Positions 24,000 to 38,900 of a stretch of 64,000 nucleotides of DNA are shown here, piece by piece. The notes beneath the pieces were generated by a model. It had not been told where the DNA came from, did not search any database, and saw only the letters and a list, made by a program, of their open reading frames with translations. Origin of the DNA: Leptogorgia sarmentosa. Lineage: Eukaryota. The stretch lies in contig OZ210885.1 of NCBI GenBank assembly GCA_964658305.1, positions 16,864,001 through 16,928,000 of the forward strand. Reading direction: 5' to 3'. A program made the translations under genes and the position numbers. Numbering within the stretch: position 1 is the first letter of the stretch; every line of letters begins with the position of its first letter.

Positions 24000-26900
24000 T
24001 CAATTTCAACTTCAGGGTTTTGTTATTGTTACACGTTTAAAAAGTGTAACTTCAATCAACAAATGTCTACGACCATACCAGTAGGAAAATACCGGTTCTC
24101 GTCTGATCACCGAAGTTAAGCCTAGGTGGGCAAAGTTAGTACTTGGATGGGTGACCACCTGGGAATACTTTGTGTTGTAGACTTGCTTGATTTTATTGTA
24201 TGTGTGTTTGTAAATAGGTTTGCTTTCAATTTCAACTTCAGGGTTTTGTTATTGTTACACGTTTAAAAAGTGTAACTTCCATCAACAAATGTCTACGACC
24301 ATACCAGTAGGAAAATACCGGTTCTCGTCTGATCACCGAAGTTAAGCCTAGGTGGGCAAAGTTAGTACTTGGATGGGTGACCACCTGGGAATACTTTGTG
24401 TTGTAGACTTGCTTGATTTTATTGTATGTGTGTTTGTAAATAGGTTTGCTTTCAATTTCAACTTCAGGGTTTTGTTATTGTTACACGTTTAAAAAGTGTA
24501 ACTTCCATCAACAAATGTCTACGACCATACCAGTAGGAAAATACCGGTTCTCGTCTGATCACCGAAGTTAAGCCTAGGTGGGCAAAGTTAGTACTTGGAT
24601 GGGTGACCACCTGGGAATACTTTGTGTTGTAGACTTGCTTCATTTTATTGTATGTGTGTTTGTAAATAGGTTTGCTTTCAATGTAAACTTCAGGGATTTT
24701 GTTATTGCTACATCTGGAAATACTTTGTATTGTTGTTTTCCTAAATGTTATTTAATGCCTATTTGTAAATATAATTCCTTTCAACTTCAGGGTTTTGTTA
24801 TTGTTACACGTTTAAAAAGTGTAACTTCCATCAACAAGTGTCTACGACCATACCAGTAGGAAAATACCGGTTCTCGTCTGATCACCGAAGTTAAGCCTAG
24901 GTGGGCAAAGTTAGTAGTTGGATGGGTGACCACCTGGAAATACTTTGTGTTGTAGACTTGCTTCATTTTGTTGTATGTGTGTTTGTAAGTAGGTTTGCTT
25001 TCAATTTCAACTTCAGTGTTTTGTTATTGTTACACATTTAAAAAGTGTAACTTCCATCAACAAATGTCTACGACCATACCAGTAGGAAAATACCGGTTCT
25101 CGTCTGATCACCGAAGTTAAGCCTAGGTGGGCAAAGTTAGTACTTGGATGGGTGACCACCTGGGAATACTTTGTGTTGTAGACTTGCTTCATTTTATTGT
25201 ATGTGTGTTTGTAAATAGGTTTGCTTTCAATGTAAACTTCAGGGATTTTGTTATTGCTACATCTGGAAATACTTTGTATTGTTGTTTTCCTAAATGTTAT
25301 TTAATGCCTATTTGTAAATATAATTCCTTTCAACTTCAGGGTTTTGTTATTGTTACACGTTTAAAAAGTGTAACTTCCATCAACAAGTGTCTACGACCAT
25401 ACCAGTAGGAAAATACCGGTTCTCGTCTGATCACCGAAGTTAAGCCTAGGTGGGCAAAGTTAGTAGTTGGATGGGTGACCACCTGGGAATACTTTGTGTT
25501 GTAGACTTGCTTCATTTTGTTGTATGTGTGTTTGTAAGTAGGTTTGCTTTCAATTTCAACTTCAGTGTTTTGTTATTGTTACACATTTAAAAAGTGTAAC
25601 TTCCATCAACAAATGTCTACGACCATACCAGTAGGAAAATACCGGTTCTCGTCTGATCACTGAAGTTAAGCCTAGGTGGGCAAAGTTAGTACTTGGATGG
25701 GTGACTACCTGGGAATACTTTGTGTTGTAGACTTGCTTCATTTTATTGTATGTGTGTTTGTAAATAGGTTTGCTTTCAATTTCAACTTCAGGGTTTTGTT
25801 ATTGTTACACGTTTAAAAAGTGTAACTTCAATCAACAAATGTCTACGACCATACCAGTAGGAAAATACCGGTTCTCGTCTGATCACCGAAGTTAAGCCTT
25901 GGTGGGCAAAGTTAGTACTTGGATGGGTGACCACCTGGGAATACTTTGTGTTGTAGACTTGCTTGATTTTATTGTATGTGTGTTTGTAAATAGGTTTGCT
26001 TTCAATTTCAACTTCAGGGTTTTGTTATTGTTACACGTTTAAAAAGTGTAACTTCCATCAACAAATGTCTACGACCATACCAGTAGGAAAATACCGGTTC
26101 TCGTCTGATCACCGAAGTTAAGCCTAGGTGGGCAAAGTTAGTACTTGGATGGGTGACCACCTGGGAATACTTTGTGTTGTAGACTTGCTTCATTTTATTG
26201 TATGTGTGTTTGTAAATAGGTTTGCTTTCAATGTAAACTTCAGGGATTTTGTTATTGCTACATCTGGAAATACTTTGTATTGTTGTTTTCCTAAATGTTA
26301 TTTAATGCCTATTTGTAAATATAATTCCTTTCAACTTCAACTTCAGGGTTTTGTTATTGTTACACGTTTAAAAAGTGTAACTTCCATCAACAAGTGTCTA
26401 CGACCATACCAGTAGGAAAATACCGGTTCTCGTCTGATCACCGAAGTTAAGCCTAGGTGGGCAAAGTTAGTAGTTGGATGGGTGACCACCTGGGAATACT
26501 TTGTGTTGTAGACTTGCTTCATTTTGTTGTATGTGTGTTTGTAAGTAGGTTTGCTTTCAATTTCAACTTCAGTGTTTTGTTATTGTTACACATTTAAAAA
26601 GTGTAACTTCCATCAACAAATGTCTACGACCATACCAGTAGGAAAATACCGGTTCTCGTCTGATCACTGAAGTTAAGCCTAGGTGGGCAAAGTTAGTACT
26701 TGGATGGGTGACTACCTGGGAATACTTTGTGTTGTAGACTTGCTTCATTTTATTGTATGTGTGTTTGTAAATAGGTTTGCTTTCAATTTCAACTTCAGGG
26801 TTTTGTTATTGTTACACGTTTAAAAAGTGTAACTTCCATCAACAAATGTCTACGACCGTACGAGTAGGAAAATACCGGTTCTCGTCTGATCACCGAAGTT

Positions 26901-29900
26901 AAGCCTAGGTGGGCAAAGTTAGTAGTTGGATGGGTGACCACCTGGGAATACTTTGCGTTGTAGACTTGCTTCATTTTGTTGTATGTGTGTTTGTAAGTAG
27001 GTTTGCTTTCAATTTCAACTTCAGGGTTTTGTTATTGTTACACGTTTAAAAAGTGTAACTTCCATCAACAAATGTCTACGACCATACCAGTAGGAAAATA
27101 CCGGTTCTCGTCTGATCACCGAAGTTAAGCCTAGGTGGGCAAAGTTAGTACTTGGATGGGTGACTACCTGGGAATAATTTGTGTTGTAGACTTGCTTCAT
27201 TTTATTGTATGTGTGTTTGTAAATAGGTTTGCTTTCAATTTCAACTTCAGGGTTTTGTTATTGTTACACGTTTAAAAAGTGTAACTTCCATCAACAAATG
27301 TCTACGACCATACCAGTAGGAAAATACCGGTTCTCGTCTGATCACCGAAGTTAAGCCTAGGTGGGAAAAGTTAGTACTTGGATGGGTGACCACCTGGGAA
27401 TACTTTGTGTTGTAGACTTGCTTGATTTTATTGTATGTGTGTTTGTAAATAGGTTTGCTTTCAATTTCAACTTCAGGGTTTTGTTATTGTTACACGTTTA
27501 AAAAGTGTAACTTCAATCAACAAATGTCTACGACCATACCAGTAGGAAAATACCGGTTCTCGTCTGATCACCGAAGTTAAGCCTAGGTGGGCAAAGTTAG
27601 TACTTGGATGGGTGACCACCTGGGAATACTTTGTGTTGTAGACTTGCTTGATTTTATTGTATGTGTGTTTGTAAATAGGTTTGCTTTCAATTTCAACTTC
27701 AGGGTTTTGTTATTGTTACACGTTTAAAAAGTGTAACTTCCATCAACAAATGTCTACGACCATACCAGTAGGAAAATACCGGTTCTCGTCTGATCACCGA
27801 AGTTAAGCCTAGGTGGGCAAAGTTAGTACTTGGATGGGTGACCACCTGGGAATACTTTGTGTTGTAGACTTGCTTCATTTTATTGTATGTGTGTTTGTAA
27901 ATAGGTTTGCTTTCAATGTAAACTTCAGGGATTTTGTTATTGCTACATCTGGAAATACTTTGTATTGTTGTTTTCCTAAATGTTATTTAATGCCTATTTG
28001 TAAATATAATTCCTTTCAACTTCAACTTCAGGGTTTTGTTATTGTTACACGTTTAAAAAGTGTAACTTCCATCAACAAGTGTCTACGACCATACCAGTAG
28101 GAAAATACCGGTTCTCGTCTGATCACCGAAGTTAAGCCTAGGTGGGCAAAGTTAGTAGTTGGATGGGTGACCACCTGGAAATACTTTGTGTTGTAGACTT
28201 GCTTCATTTTGTTGTATGCGTGTTTGTAAGTAGGTTTGCTTTCAATTTCAACTTCAGTGTTTTGTTATTGTTACACATTTAAAAAGTGTAACTTCCATCA
28301 ACAAATGTCTACGACCATACCAGTAGGAAAATACCGGTTCTCGTCTGATCACTGAAGTTAAGCCTAGGTGGGCAAAGTTAGTACTTGGATGGGTGACTAC
28401 CTGGGAATACTTTGTGTTGTAGACTTGCTTCATTTTATTGTATGTGTGTTTGTAAATAGGTTTGCTTTCAATTTCAACTTCAGGGTTTTGTTATTGTTAC
28501 ACGTTTAAAAAGTGTAACTTCCATCAACAAATGTCTACGACCGTACGAGTAGGAAAATACCGGTTCTCGTCTGATCACCGAAGTTAAGCCTAGGTGGGCA
28601 AAGTTAGTACTTGGATGGGTGACTACCTGGGAATAATTTGTGTTGTAGACTTGCTTCATTTTATTGTATGTGTGTTTGTAAATAGGTTTGCTTTCAATGT
28701 AAACTTCAGGAATTTTGTTATTGCTACATCTGGAAATACTTTGTATTGTTGTTTTCCTAAATGTTATTTAATTCCTATTTGTAAATATAATTCCTTTCAA
28801 TTTCAACTTCAGGGTTTTGTTATTGTTACACATTTAAAAAGTGTAACTTGCATCAACAAATGTCTACGACCGTACGAGTAGGAAAATACCGGTTCTCGTC
28901 TGATCACCGAAGTTAAGCCTAGGTGGGCAAAGTTAGTACTTGGATGGGTGACTACCTGCGAATACTTTGTGTTGTAGACTTGCTTCATTTTATTGTATGT
29001 GTGTTTGTAAATATAATTCCTTTCAATTTCAACTTCAGGGTTTTGTTATTGTTACACGTTTAAAAAGTGTAACTTCCATCAACAAATGTCTACGACCATA
29101 CCAGTAGGAAAATACCGGTTCTCGTCTGATCACCGAAGTTAAGCCTAGGTGGGCAAAGTTAGTACTTGGATGGGTGACCACCTGGGAATACTTTGTGTTT
29201 TAGACTTGCTTCATTTTATTGTATGTGTGTTTGTAAATAGGTTTGCTTTCAATGTAAACTTCAGGGATTTTGTTATTGCTACATCTGGAAATACTTTGTA
29301 TTGTTATTTTGCTAAATGTTATTTAATCCCTATTTGTAAATATAATTCCTTTCAATTTCAACTTCAGGGTTTTGTTATTGTTACACGTTTAAAAAGTGTA
29401 ACTTCCATCAACAAATGCCTACGACCGTACGAGTAGGAAAATACCGGTTCTTGTCTGATCACCGAAGTTAAGCCTAGGTGGGCAAAGTTAGTACTTGGAT
29501 GGGTGACCACCTGGGAATACTTTGTGTTGTAGACTTGCTTCATTTTATTGTATGTGTGTTTGTAAATAGGTTTGCTTTCAATGTAAACTTCAGGGATTTT
29601 GTTATTGCTACATCTGGAAATACTTTGTATTGTTGTTTTGCTAAATGTTATTTAATGCCTATTTGTAAATATAATTCCTTTCAATTTCAACTTCAAAGTT
29701 TTGTTATTGTTACACGTTTAAAAAGTGTAACTTCCATCAACAAATGTCTACGACCATACCAGTAGGAAAATACCGGTTCTCGTCTGATCACCGAAGTTAA
29801 GCCTAGGTGGGCAAAGTTAGTACTTGGATGGGTGACTACCTGGGAATACTTTGTGTTGTAGACTTGCTTCATTTTATTGTATGTGTGTTTGTAAATAGGT

Positions 29901-32900
29901 TTGCTTTCAATTTCAACTTCAGGGTTTTGTTATTAATACACACGTTTAAAAACTGTAACTTCCATCAACAAATGTCTACAACCATACCAGTAGGAAAATA
30001 CCGGTTCTCGTCTGATCACCGAAGTCAGGCCTAGGTGGGAAAAGTTAGTACTTGGATGGGTGACCACCTGGGAATACTTTGTGTTGTAGACTTGCTTCAT
30101 TTTATTGTATGTGTGTTTGTAAATAGGTTTGCTTTCAATTTCAACTTCAGGGTTTTGTTATTGTTACACGTTGAAAAAGTGTAACTTCCATCAACAAATG
30201 TCTACCACCATACCAGTAGGAAAATACCGGTTCTCGTCTGATCACCGAAGTTAAGCCTACGTGGGCAAAGTTAGTAGTTGGATGGGTGACCACCTGGGAA
30301 TACTTTGTGTTGTAGACTTGCTTCATTTTGTTGTATGTGTGTTTGTAAGTAGGTTTGCTTTCAATTTCAACTTCAGGGTTTTGTTATTGTTACACGTTTA
30401 AAAAGTGTAACTTCCATCAACAAATGTCTACGACCATACCAGTAGGAAAATACCGGTTCTCGTCTGATCAGCGAAGGTCTGATCAGCGAAGTTAAGCCTA
30501 GGTGGGCAAAGTTAGTACTTGGATGGGTGACCACCTGGGAATACTTTGTGTTGTAGACTTGCTTCATTTTGTTGTATGTGTGTTTGTAAATAGGTTTGCT
30601 TTCAATTTCAACTCCAGGGTTTTGTTATTGTTACACGTTTAAAAAGTGTAACTTCCATCAACAAATGTCTACGACCATACCAGTAGGAAAATACCGGTTC
30701 TCGTCTGATCACCGAAGTTAAGCCTAGGTGGGAAAAGTTAGTACTTGGATGGGTGACCACCTGGGAATACTTTGTGTTGTAGACTTGCTTCATTTTATTG
30801 TATGTGTGTTTGTAAATAGGTTTGCTTTCAATTTCAACTTCAGGGTTTTGTTATTGTTACACGTTTAAAAAGTGTAACTTCCATCAACAAATGTCTACGA
30901 CCACACCAGTAGGAAAATACCGGTTCTCGTCTGATCACCGAAGTTAAGCCTAGGTGGGCAAAGTTAGTACTTGGATGGCTGACCACCTGGGAATACTTTG
31001 TGTTGTAGACTTGCTTCATTTTATTGTATGTGTGTTTGTAAATAGGTTTGCTTTCAATGTAAACTTCAGGGATTTTGTTATTGCTACATCTGGAAATACT
31101 TTGTATTGTTGTTTTCCTAAATGTTATTTAATGCCTATTTGTAAATATAATTCCTTTCAACTTCAACTTCAGGGTTTTGTTATTGTTACACGTTTAAAAA
31201 GTGTAACTTCCATCAACAAATGTCTACGACCATACCAGTAGGAAAATACCGGTTCTCGTCTGATCACCGAAGTTAAGCCTAGGTGGGCAAAGTTAGTACT
31301 TGGATGGGTGACCACCTGGGAATACTTTGTGTTGTAGACTTGCTTCATTTTATTGTATCTGTGTTTGTAAATAGGTTTGCTTTCAATGTAAACTTCAGGG
31401 ATTTTGTTATTGCTACATCTGGAAATACTTTGTATTGTTGTTTTCCTAAATGTTATTTAATTCCTATTTGTAAATATAATTCCTTTCAATTTCAACTTCA
31501 GGGTTTTGTTATTGTTACACGTTTAAAAAGTGTAACTTCAATCAACAAATGTCTACGACCATACCAGTAGGAAAATACCGGTTCTCGTCTGATCACCGAA
31601 GTTAAGCCTAGGTGGGCAAAGTTAGTACTTGGATGGGTGACCACCTGGGAATACTTTGTGTTGTAGACTTGCTTGATTTTATTGTATGTGTGTTTGTAAA
31701 TAGGTTTGCTTTCAATTTCAACTTCAGGGTTTTGTTATTGTTACACGTTTAAAAAGTGTAACTTCCATCAACAAATGTCTACGACCATACCAGTAGGAAA
31801 ATACCGGTTCTCGTCTGATCACCGAAGTTAAGCCTAGGTGGGCAAAGTTAGTACTTGGATGGGTGACCACCTGGGAATACTTTGTGTTGTAGACTTGCTT
31901 GATTTTATTGTATGTGTGTTTGTAAATAGGTTTGCTTTCAATTTCAACTTCAGGGTTTTGTTATTGTTACACGTTTAAAAAGTGTAACTTCCATCAACAA
32001 ATGTCTACGACCATACCAGTAGGAAAATACCGGTTCTCGTCTGATCACCGAAGTTAAGCCTAGGTGGGCAAAGTTAGTACTTGGATGGGTGACCACCTGG
32101 GAATACTTTGTGTTGTAGACTTGCTTCATTTTATTGTATGTGTGTTTGTAAATAGGTTTGCTTTCAATGTAAACTTCAGGGATTTTGTTATTGCTACATC
32201 TGGAAATACTTTGTATTGTTGTTTTCCTAAATGTTATTTAATGCCTATTTGTAAATATAATTCCTTTCAACTTCAACTTCAGGGTTTTGTTATTGTTACA
32301 CGTTTAAAAAGTGTAACTTCCATCAACAAGTGTCTACGACCATACCAGTAGGAAAATACCGGTTCTCGTCTGATCACCGAAGTTAAGCCTAGGTGGGCAA
32401 AGTTAGTAGTTGGATGGGTGACCACCTGGAAATACTTTGTGTTGTAGACTTGCTTCATTTTGTTGTATGTGTGTTTGTAAGTAGGTTTGCTTTCAATTTC
32501 AACTTCAGTGTTTTGTTATTGTTACACATTTAAAAAGTGTAACTTCCATCAACAAATGTCTACGACCATACCAGTAGGAAAATACCGGTTCTCGTCTGAT
32601 CACCGAAGTTAAGCCTAGGTGGGCAAAGTTAGTACTTGGATGGGTGACCACCTGGGAATACTTTGTGTTGTAGACTTGCTTCATTTTATTGTATGTGTGT
32701 TTGTAAATAGGTTTGCTTTCAATGTAAACTTCAGGGATTTTGTTATTGCTACATCTGGAAATACTTTGTATTGTTGTTTTCCTAAATGTTATTTAATGCC
32801 TATTTGTAAATATAATTCCTTTCAACTTCAGGGTTTTGTTATTGTTACACGTTTAAAAAGTGTAACTTCCATCAACAAGTGTCTACGACCATACCAGTAG

Positions 32901-35900
32901 GAAAATACCGGTTCTCGTCTGATCACCGAAGTTAAGCCTAGGTGGGCAAAGTTAGTAGTTGGATGGGTGACCACCTGGGAATACTTTGTGTTGTAGACTT
33001 GCTTCATTTTGTTGTATGTGTGTTTGTAAGTAGGTTTGCTTTCAATTTCAACTTCAGTGTTTTGTTATTGTTACACATTTAAAAAGTGTAACTTCCATCA
33101 ACAAATGTCTACGACCATACCAGTAGGAAAATACCGGTTCTCGTCTGATCACTGAAGTTAAGCCTAGGTGGGCAAAGTTAGTACTTGGATGGGTGACTAC
33201 CTGGGAATACTTTGTGTTGTAGACTTGCTTCATTTTATTGTATGTGTGTTTGTAAATAGGTTTGCTTTCAATTTCAACTTCAGGGTTTTGTTATTGTTAC
33301 ACGTTTAAAAAGTGTAACTTCAATCAACAAATGTCTACGACCATACCAGTAGGAAAATACCGGTTCTCGTCTGATCACCGAAGTTAAGCCTTGGTGGGCA
33401 AAGTTAGTACTTGGATGGGTGACCACCTGGGAATACTTTGTGTTGTAGACTTGCTTGATTTTATTGTATGTGTGTTTGTAAATAGGTTTGCTTTCAATTT
33501 CAACTTCAGGGTTTTGTTATTGTTACACGTTTAAAAAGTGTAACTTCCATCAACAAATGTCTACGACCATACCAGTAGGAAAATACCGGTTCTCGTCTGA
33601 TCACCGAAGTTAAGCCTAGGTGGGCAAAGTTAGTACTTGGATGGGTGACCACCTGGGAATACTTTGTGTTGTAGACTTGCTTCATTTTATTGTATGTGTG
33701 TTTGTAAATAGGTTTGCTTTCAATGTAAACTTCAGGGATTTTGTTATTGCTACATCTGGAAATACTTTGTATTGTTGTTTTCCTAAATGTTATTTAATGC
33801 CTATTTGTAAATATAATTCCTTTCAACTTCAACTTCAGGGTTTTGTTATTGTTACACGTTTAAAAAGTGTAACTTCCATCAACAAGTGTCTACGACCATA
33901 CCAGTAGGAAAATACCGGTTCTCGTCTGATCACCGAAGTTAAGCCTAGGTGGGCAAAGTTAGTAGTTGGATGGGTGACCACCTGGAAATACTTTGTGTTG
34001 TAGACTTGCTTCATTTTGTTGTATGTGTGTTTGTAAGTAGGTTTGCTTTCAATTTCAACTTCAGTGTTTTGTTATTGTTACACATTTAAAAAGTGTAACT
34101 TCCATCAACAAATGTCTACGACCATACCAGTAGGAAAATACCGGTTCTCGTCTGATCACCGAAGTTAAGCCTAGGTGGGCAAAGTTAGTAGTTGGATGGG
34201 TGACCACCTGGGAATACTTTGTGTTGTAGACTTGCTTCATTTTGTTGTATGTGTGTTTGTAAGTAGGTTTGCTTTCAATTTCAACTTCAGTGTTTTGTTA
34301 TTGTTACACATTTAAAAAGTGTAACTTCCATCAACAAATGTCTACGACCATACCAGTAGGAAAATACCGGTTCTCGTCTGATCACTGAAGTTAAGCCTAG
34401 GTGGGCAAAGTTAGTACTTGGATGGGTGACTACCTGGGAATACTTTGTGTTGTAGACTTGCTTCATTTTATTGTATGTGTGTTTGTAAATAGGTTTGCTT
34501 TCAATTTCAACTTCAGGGTTTTGTTATTGTTACACGTTTAAAAAGTGTAACTTCAATCAACAAATGTCTACGACCATACCAGTAGGAAAATACCGGTTCT
34601 CGTCTGATCACCGAAGTTAAGCCTTGGTGGGCAAAGTTAGTACTTGGATGGGTGACCACCTGGGAATACTTTGTGTTGTAGACTTGCTTGATTTTATTGT
34701 ATGTGTGTTTGTAAATAGGTTTGCTTTCAATTTCAACTTCAGGGTTTTGTTATTGTTACACGTTTAAAAAGTGTAACTTCCATCAACAAATGTCTACGAC
34801 CATACCAGTAGGAAAATACCGGTTCTCGTCTGATCACCGAAGTTAAGCCTAGGTGGGCAAAGTTAGTACTTGGATGGGTGACCACCTGGGAATACTTTGT
34901 GTTGTAGACTTGCTTCATTTTATTGTATGTGTGTTTGTAAATAGGTTTGCTTTCAATGTAAACTTCAGGGATTTTGTTATTGCTACATCTGGAAATACTT
35001 TGTATTGTTGTTTTCCTAAATGTTATTTAATGCCTATTTGTAAATATAATTCCTTTCAACTTCAACTTCAGGGTTTTGTTATTGTTACACGTTTAAAAAG
35101 TGTAACTTCCATCAACAAGTGTCTACGACCATACCAGTAGGAAAATACCGGTTCTCGTCTGATCACCGAAGTTAAGCCTAGGTGGGCAAAGTTAGTAGTT
35201 GGATGGGTGACCACCTGGAAATACTTTGTGTTGTAGACTTGCTTCATTTTGTTGTATGCGTGTTTGTAAGTAGGTTTGCTTTCAATTTCAACTTCAGTGT
35301 TTTGTTATTGTTACACATTTAAAAAGTGTAACTTCCATCAACAAATGTCTACGACCATACCAGTAGGAAAATACCGGTTCTCGTCTGATCACCGAAGTTA
35401 AGCCTAGGTGGGCAAAGTTAGTACTTGGATGGGTGACCACCTGGGAATACTTTGTGTTGTAGACTTGCTTCATTTTATTGTATGTGTGTTTGTAAATAGG
35501 TTTGCTTTCAATGTAAACTTCAGGGATTTTGTTATTGCTACATCTGGAAATACTTTGTATTGTTGTTTTCCTAAATGTTATTTAATGCCTATTTGTAAAT
35601 ATAATTCCTTTCAACTTCAACTTCAGGGTTTTGTTATTGTTACACGTTTAAAAAGTGTAACTTCCATCAACAAGTGTCTACGACCATACCAGTAGGAAAA
35701 TACCGGTTCTCGTCTGATCACCGAAGTTAAGCCTAGGTGGGCAAAGTTAGTAGTTGGATGGGTGACCACCTGGGAATACTTTGTGTTGTAGACTTGCTTC
35801 ATTTTGTTGTATGTGTGTTTGTAAGTAGGTTTGCTTTCAATTTCAACTTCAGTGTTTTGTTATTGTTACACATTTAAAAAGTGTAACTTCCATCAACAAA

Positions 35901-38900
35901 TGTCTACGACCATACCAGTAGGAAAATACCGGTTCTCGTCTGATCACTGAAGTTAAGCCTAGGTGGGCAAAGTTAGTACTTGGATGGGTGACTACCTGGG
36001 AATACTTTGTGTTGTAGACTTGCTTCATTTTATTGTATGTGTGTTTGTAAATAGGTTTGCTTTCAATTTCAACTTCAGGGTTTTGTTATTGTTACACGTT
36101 TAAAAAGTGTAACTTCCATCAACAAATGTCTACGACCGTACGAGTAGGAAAATACCGGTTCTCGTCTGATCACCGAAGTTAAGCCTAGGTGGGCAAAGTT
36201 AGTACTTGGATGGGTGACTACCTGGGAATAATTTGTGTTGTAGACTTGCTTCATTTTATTGTATGTGTGTTTGTAAATAGGTTTGCTTTCAATGTAAACT
36301 TCAGGAATTTTGTTATTGCTACATCTGGAAATACTTTGTATTGTTGTTTTCCTAAATGTTATTTAATTCCTATTTGTAAATATAATTCCTTTCAATTTCA
36401 ACTTCAGGGTTTTGTTATTGTTACACATTTAAAAAGTGTAACTTGCATCAACAAATGTCTACGACCGTACGAGTAGGAAAATACCGGTTCTCGTCTGATC
36501 ACCGAAGTTAAGCCTAGGTGGGCAAAGTTAGTACTTGGATGGGTGACTACCTGCGAATACTTTGTGTTGTAGACTTGCTTCATTTTATTGTATGTGTGTT
36601 TGTAAATATAATTCCTTTCAATTTCAACTTCAGGGTTTTGTTATTGTTACACGTTTAAAAAGTGTAACTTCCATCAACAAATGTCTACGACCATACCAGT
36701 AGGAAAATACCGGTTCTCGTCTGATCACCGAAGTTAAGCCTAGGTGGGCAAAGTTAGTACTTGGATGGGTGACCACCTGGGAATACTTTGTGTTTTAGAC
36801 TTGCTTCATTTTATTGTATGTGTGTTTGTAAATAGGTTTGCTTTCAATGTAAACTTCAGGGATTTTGTTATTGCTACATCTGGAAATACTTTGTATTGTT
36901 ATTTTGCTAAATGTTATTTAATCCCTATTTGTAAATATAATTCCTTTCAATTTCAACTTCAGGGTTTTGTTATTGTTACACGTTTAAAAAGTGTAACTTC
37001 CATCAACAAATGCCTACGACCGTACGAGTAGGAAAATACCGGTTCTTGTCTGATCACCGAAGTTAAGCCTAGGTGGGCAAAGTTAGTACTTGGATGGGTG
37101 ACCACCTGGGAATACTTTGTGTTGTAGACTTGCTTCATTTTATTGTATGTGTGTTTGTAAATAGGTTTGCTTTCAATGTAAACTTCAGGGATTTTGTTAT
37201 TGCTACATCTGGAAATACTTTGTATTGTTGTTTTGCTAAATGTTATTTAATGCCTATTTGTAAATATAATTCCTTTCAATTTCAACTTCAAAGTTTTGTT
37301 ATTGTTACACGTTTAAAAAGTGTAACTTCCATCAACAAATGTCTACGACCATACCAGTAGGAAAATACCGGTTCTCGTCTGATCACCGAAGTTAAGCCTA
37401 GGTGGGCAAAGTTAGTACTTGGATGGGTGACTACCTGGGAATACTTTGTGTTGTAGACTTGCTTCATTTTATTGTATGTGTGTTTGTAAATAGGTTTGCT
37501 TTCAATTTCAACTTCAGGGTTTTGTTATTAATACACACGTTTAAAAACTGTAACTTCCATCAACAAATGTCTACAACCATACCAGTAGGAAAATACCGGT
37601 TCTCGTCTGATCACCGAAGTCAGGCCTAGGTGGGAAAAGTTAGTACTTGGATGGGTGACCACCTGGGAATACTTTGTGTTGTAGACTTGCTTCATTTTAT
37701 TGTATGTGTGTTTGTAAATAGGTTTGCTTTCAATTTCAACTTCAGGGTTTTGTTATTGTTACACGTTGAAAAAGTGTAACTTCCATCAACAAATGTCTAC
37801 CACCATACCAGTAGGAAAATACCGGTTCTCGTCTGATCACCGAAGTTAAGCCTACGTGGGCAAAGTTAGTAGTTGGATGGGTGACCACCTGGGAATACTT
37901 TGTGTTGTAGACTTGCTTCATTTTGTTGTATGTGTGTTTGTAAGTAGGTTTGCTTTCAATTTCAACTTCAGGGTTTTGTTATTGTTACACGTTTAAAAAG
38001 TGTAACTTCCATCAACAAATGTCTACGACCATACCAGTAGGAAAATACCGGTTCTCGTCTGATCAGCGAAGTTAAGCCTAGGTGGGCAAAGTTAGTACTT
38101 GGATGGGTGACCACCTGGGAATACTTTGTGTTGTAGACTTGCTTCATTTTGTTGTATGTGTGTTTGTAAATAGGTTTGCTTTCAATTTCAACTCCAGGGT
38201 TTTGTTATTGTTACACGTTTAAAAAGTGTAACTTCCATCAACAAATGTCTACGACCATACCAGTAGGAAAATACCGGTTCTCGTCTGATCACCGAAGTTA
38301 AGCCTAGGTGGGAAAAGTTAGTACTTGGATGGGTGACCACCTGGGAATACTTTGTGTTGTAGACTTGCTTCATTTTATTGTATGTGTGTTTGTAAATAGG
38401 TTTGCTTTCAATTTCAACTTCAGGGTTTTGTTATTGTTACACGTTTAAAAAGTGTAACTTCCATCAACAAATGTCTACGACCACACCAGTAGGAAAATAC
38501 CGGTTCTCGTCTGATCACCGAAGTTAAGCCTAGGTGGGCAAAGTTAGTACTTGGATGGCTGACCACCTGGGAATACTTTGTGTTGTAGACTTGCTTCATT
38601 TTATTGTATGTGTGTTTGTAAATAGGTTTGCTTTCAATGTAAACTTCAGGGATTTTGTTATTGCTACATCTGGAAATACTTTGTATTGTTGTTTTCCTAA
38701 ATGTTATTTAATGCCTATTTGTAAATATAATTCCTTTCAACTTCAACTTCAGGGTTTTGTTATTGTTACACGTTTAAAAAGTGTAACTTCCATCAACAAA
38801 TGTCTACGACCATACCAGTAGGAAAATACCGGTTCTCGTCTGATCACCGAAGTTAAGCCTAGGTGGGCAAAGTTAGTACTTGGATGGGTGACCACCTGGG

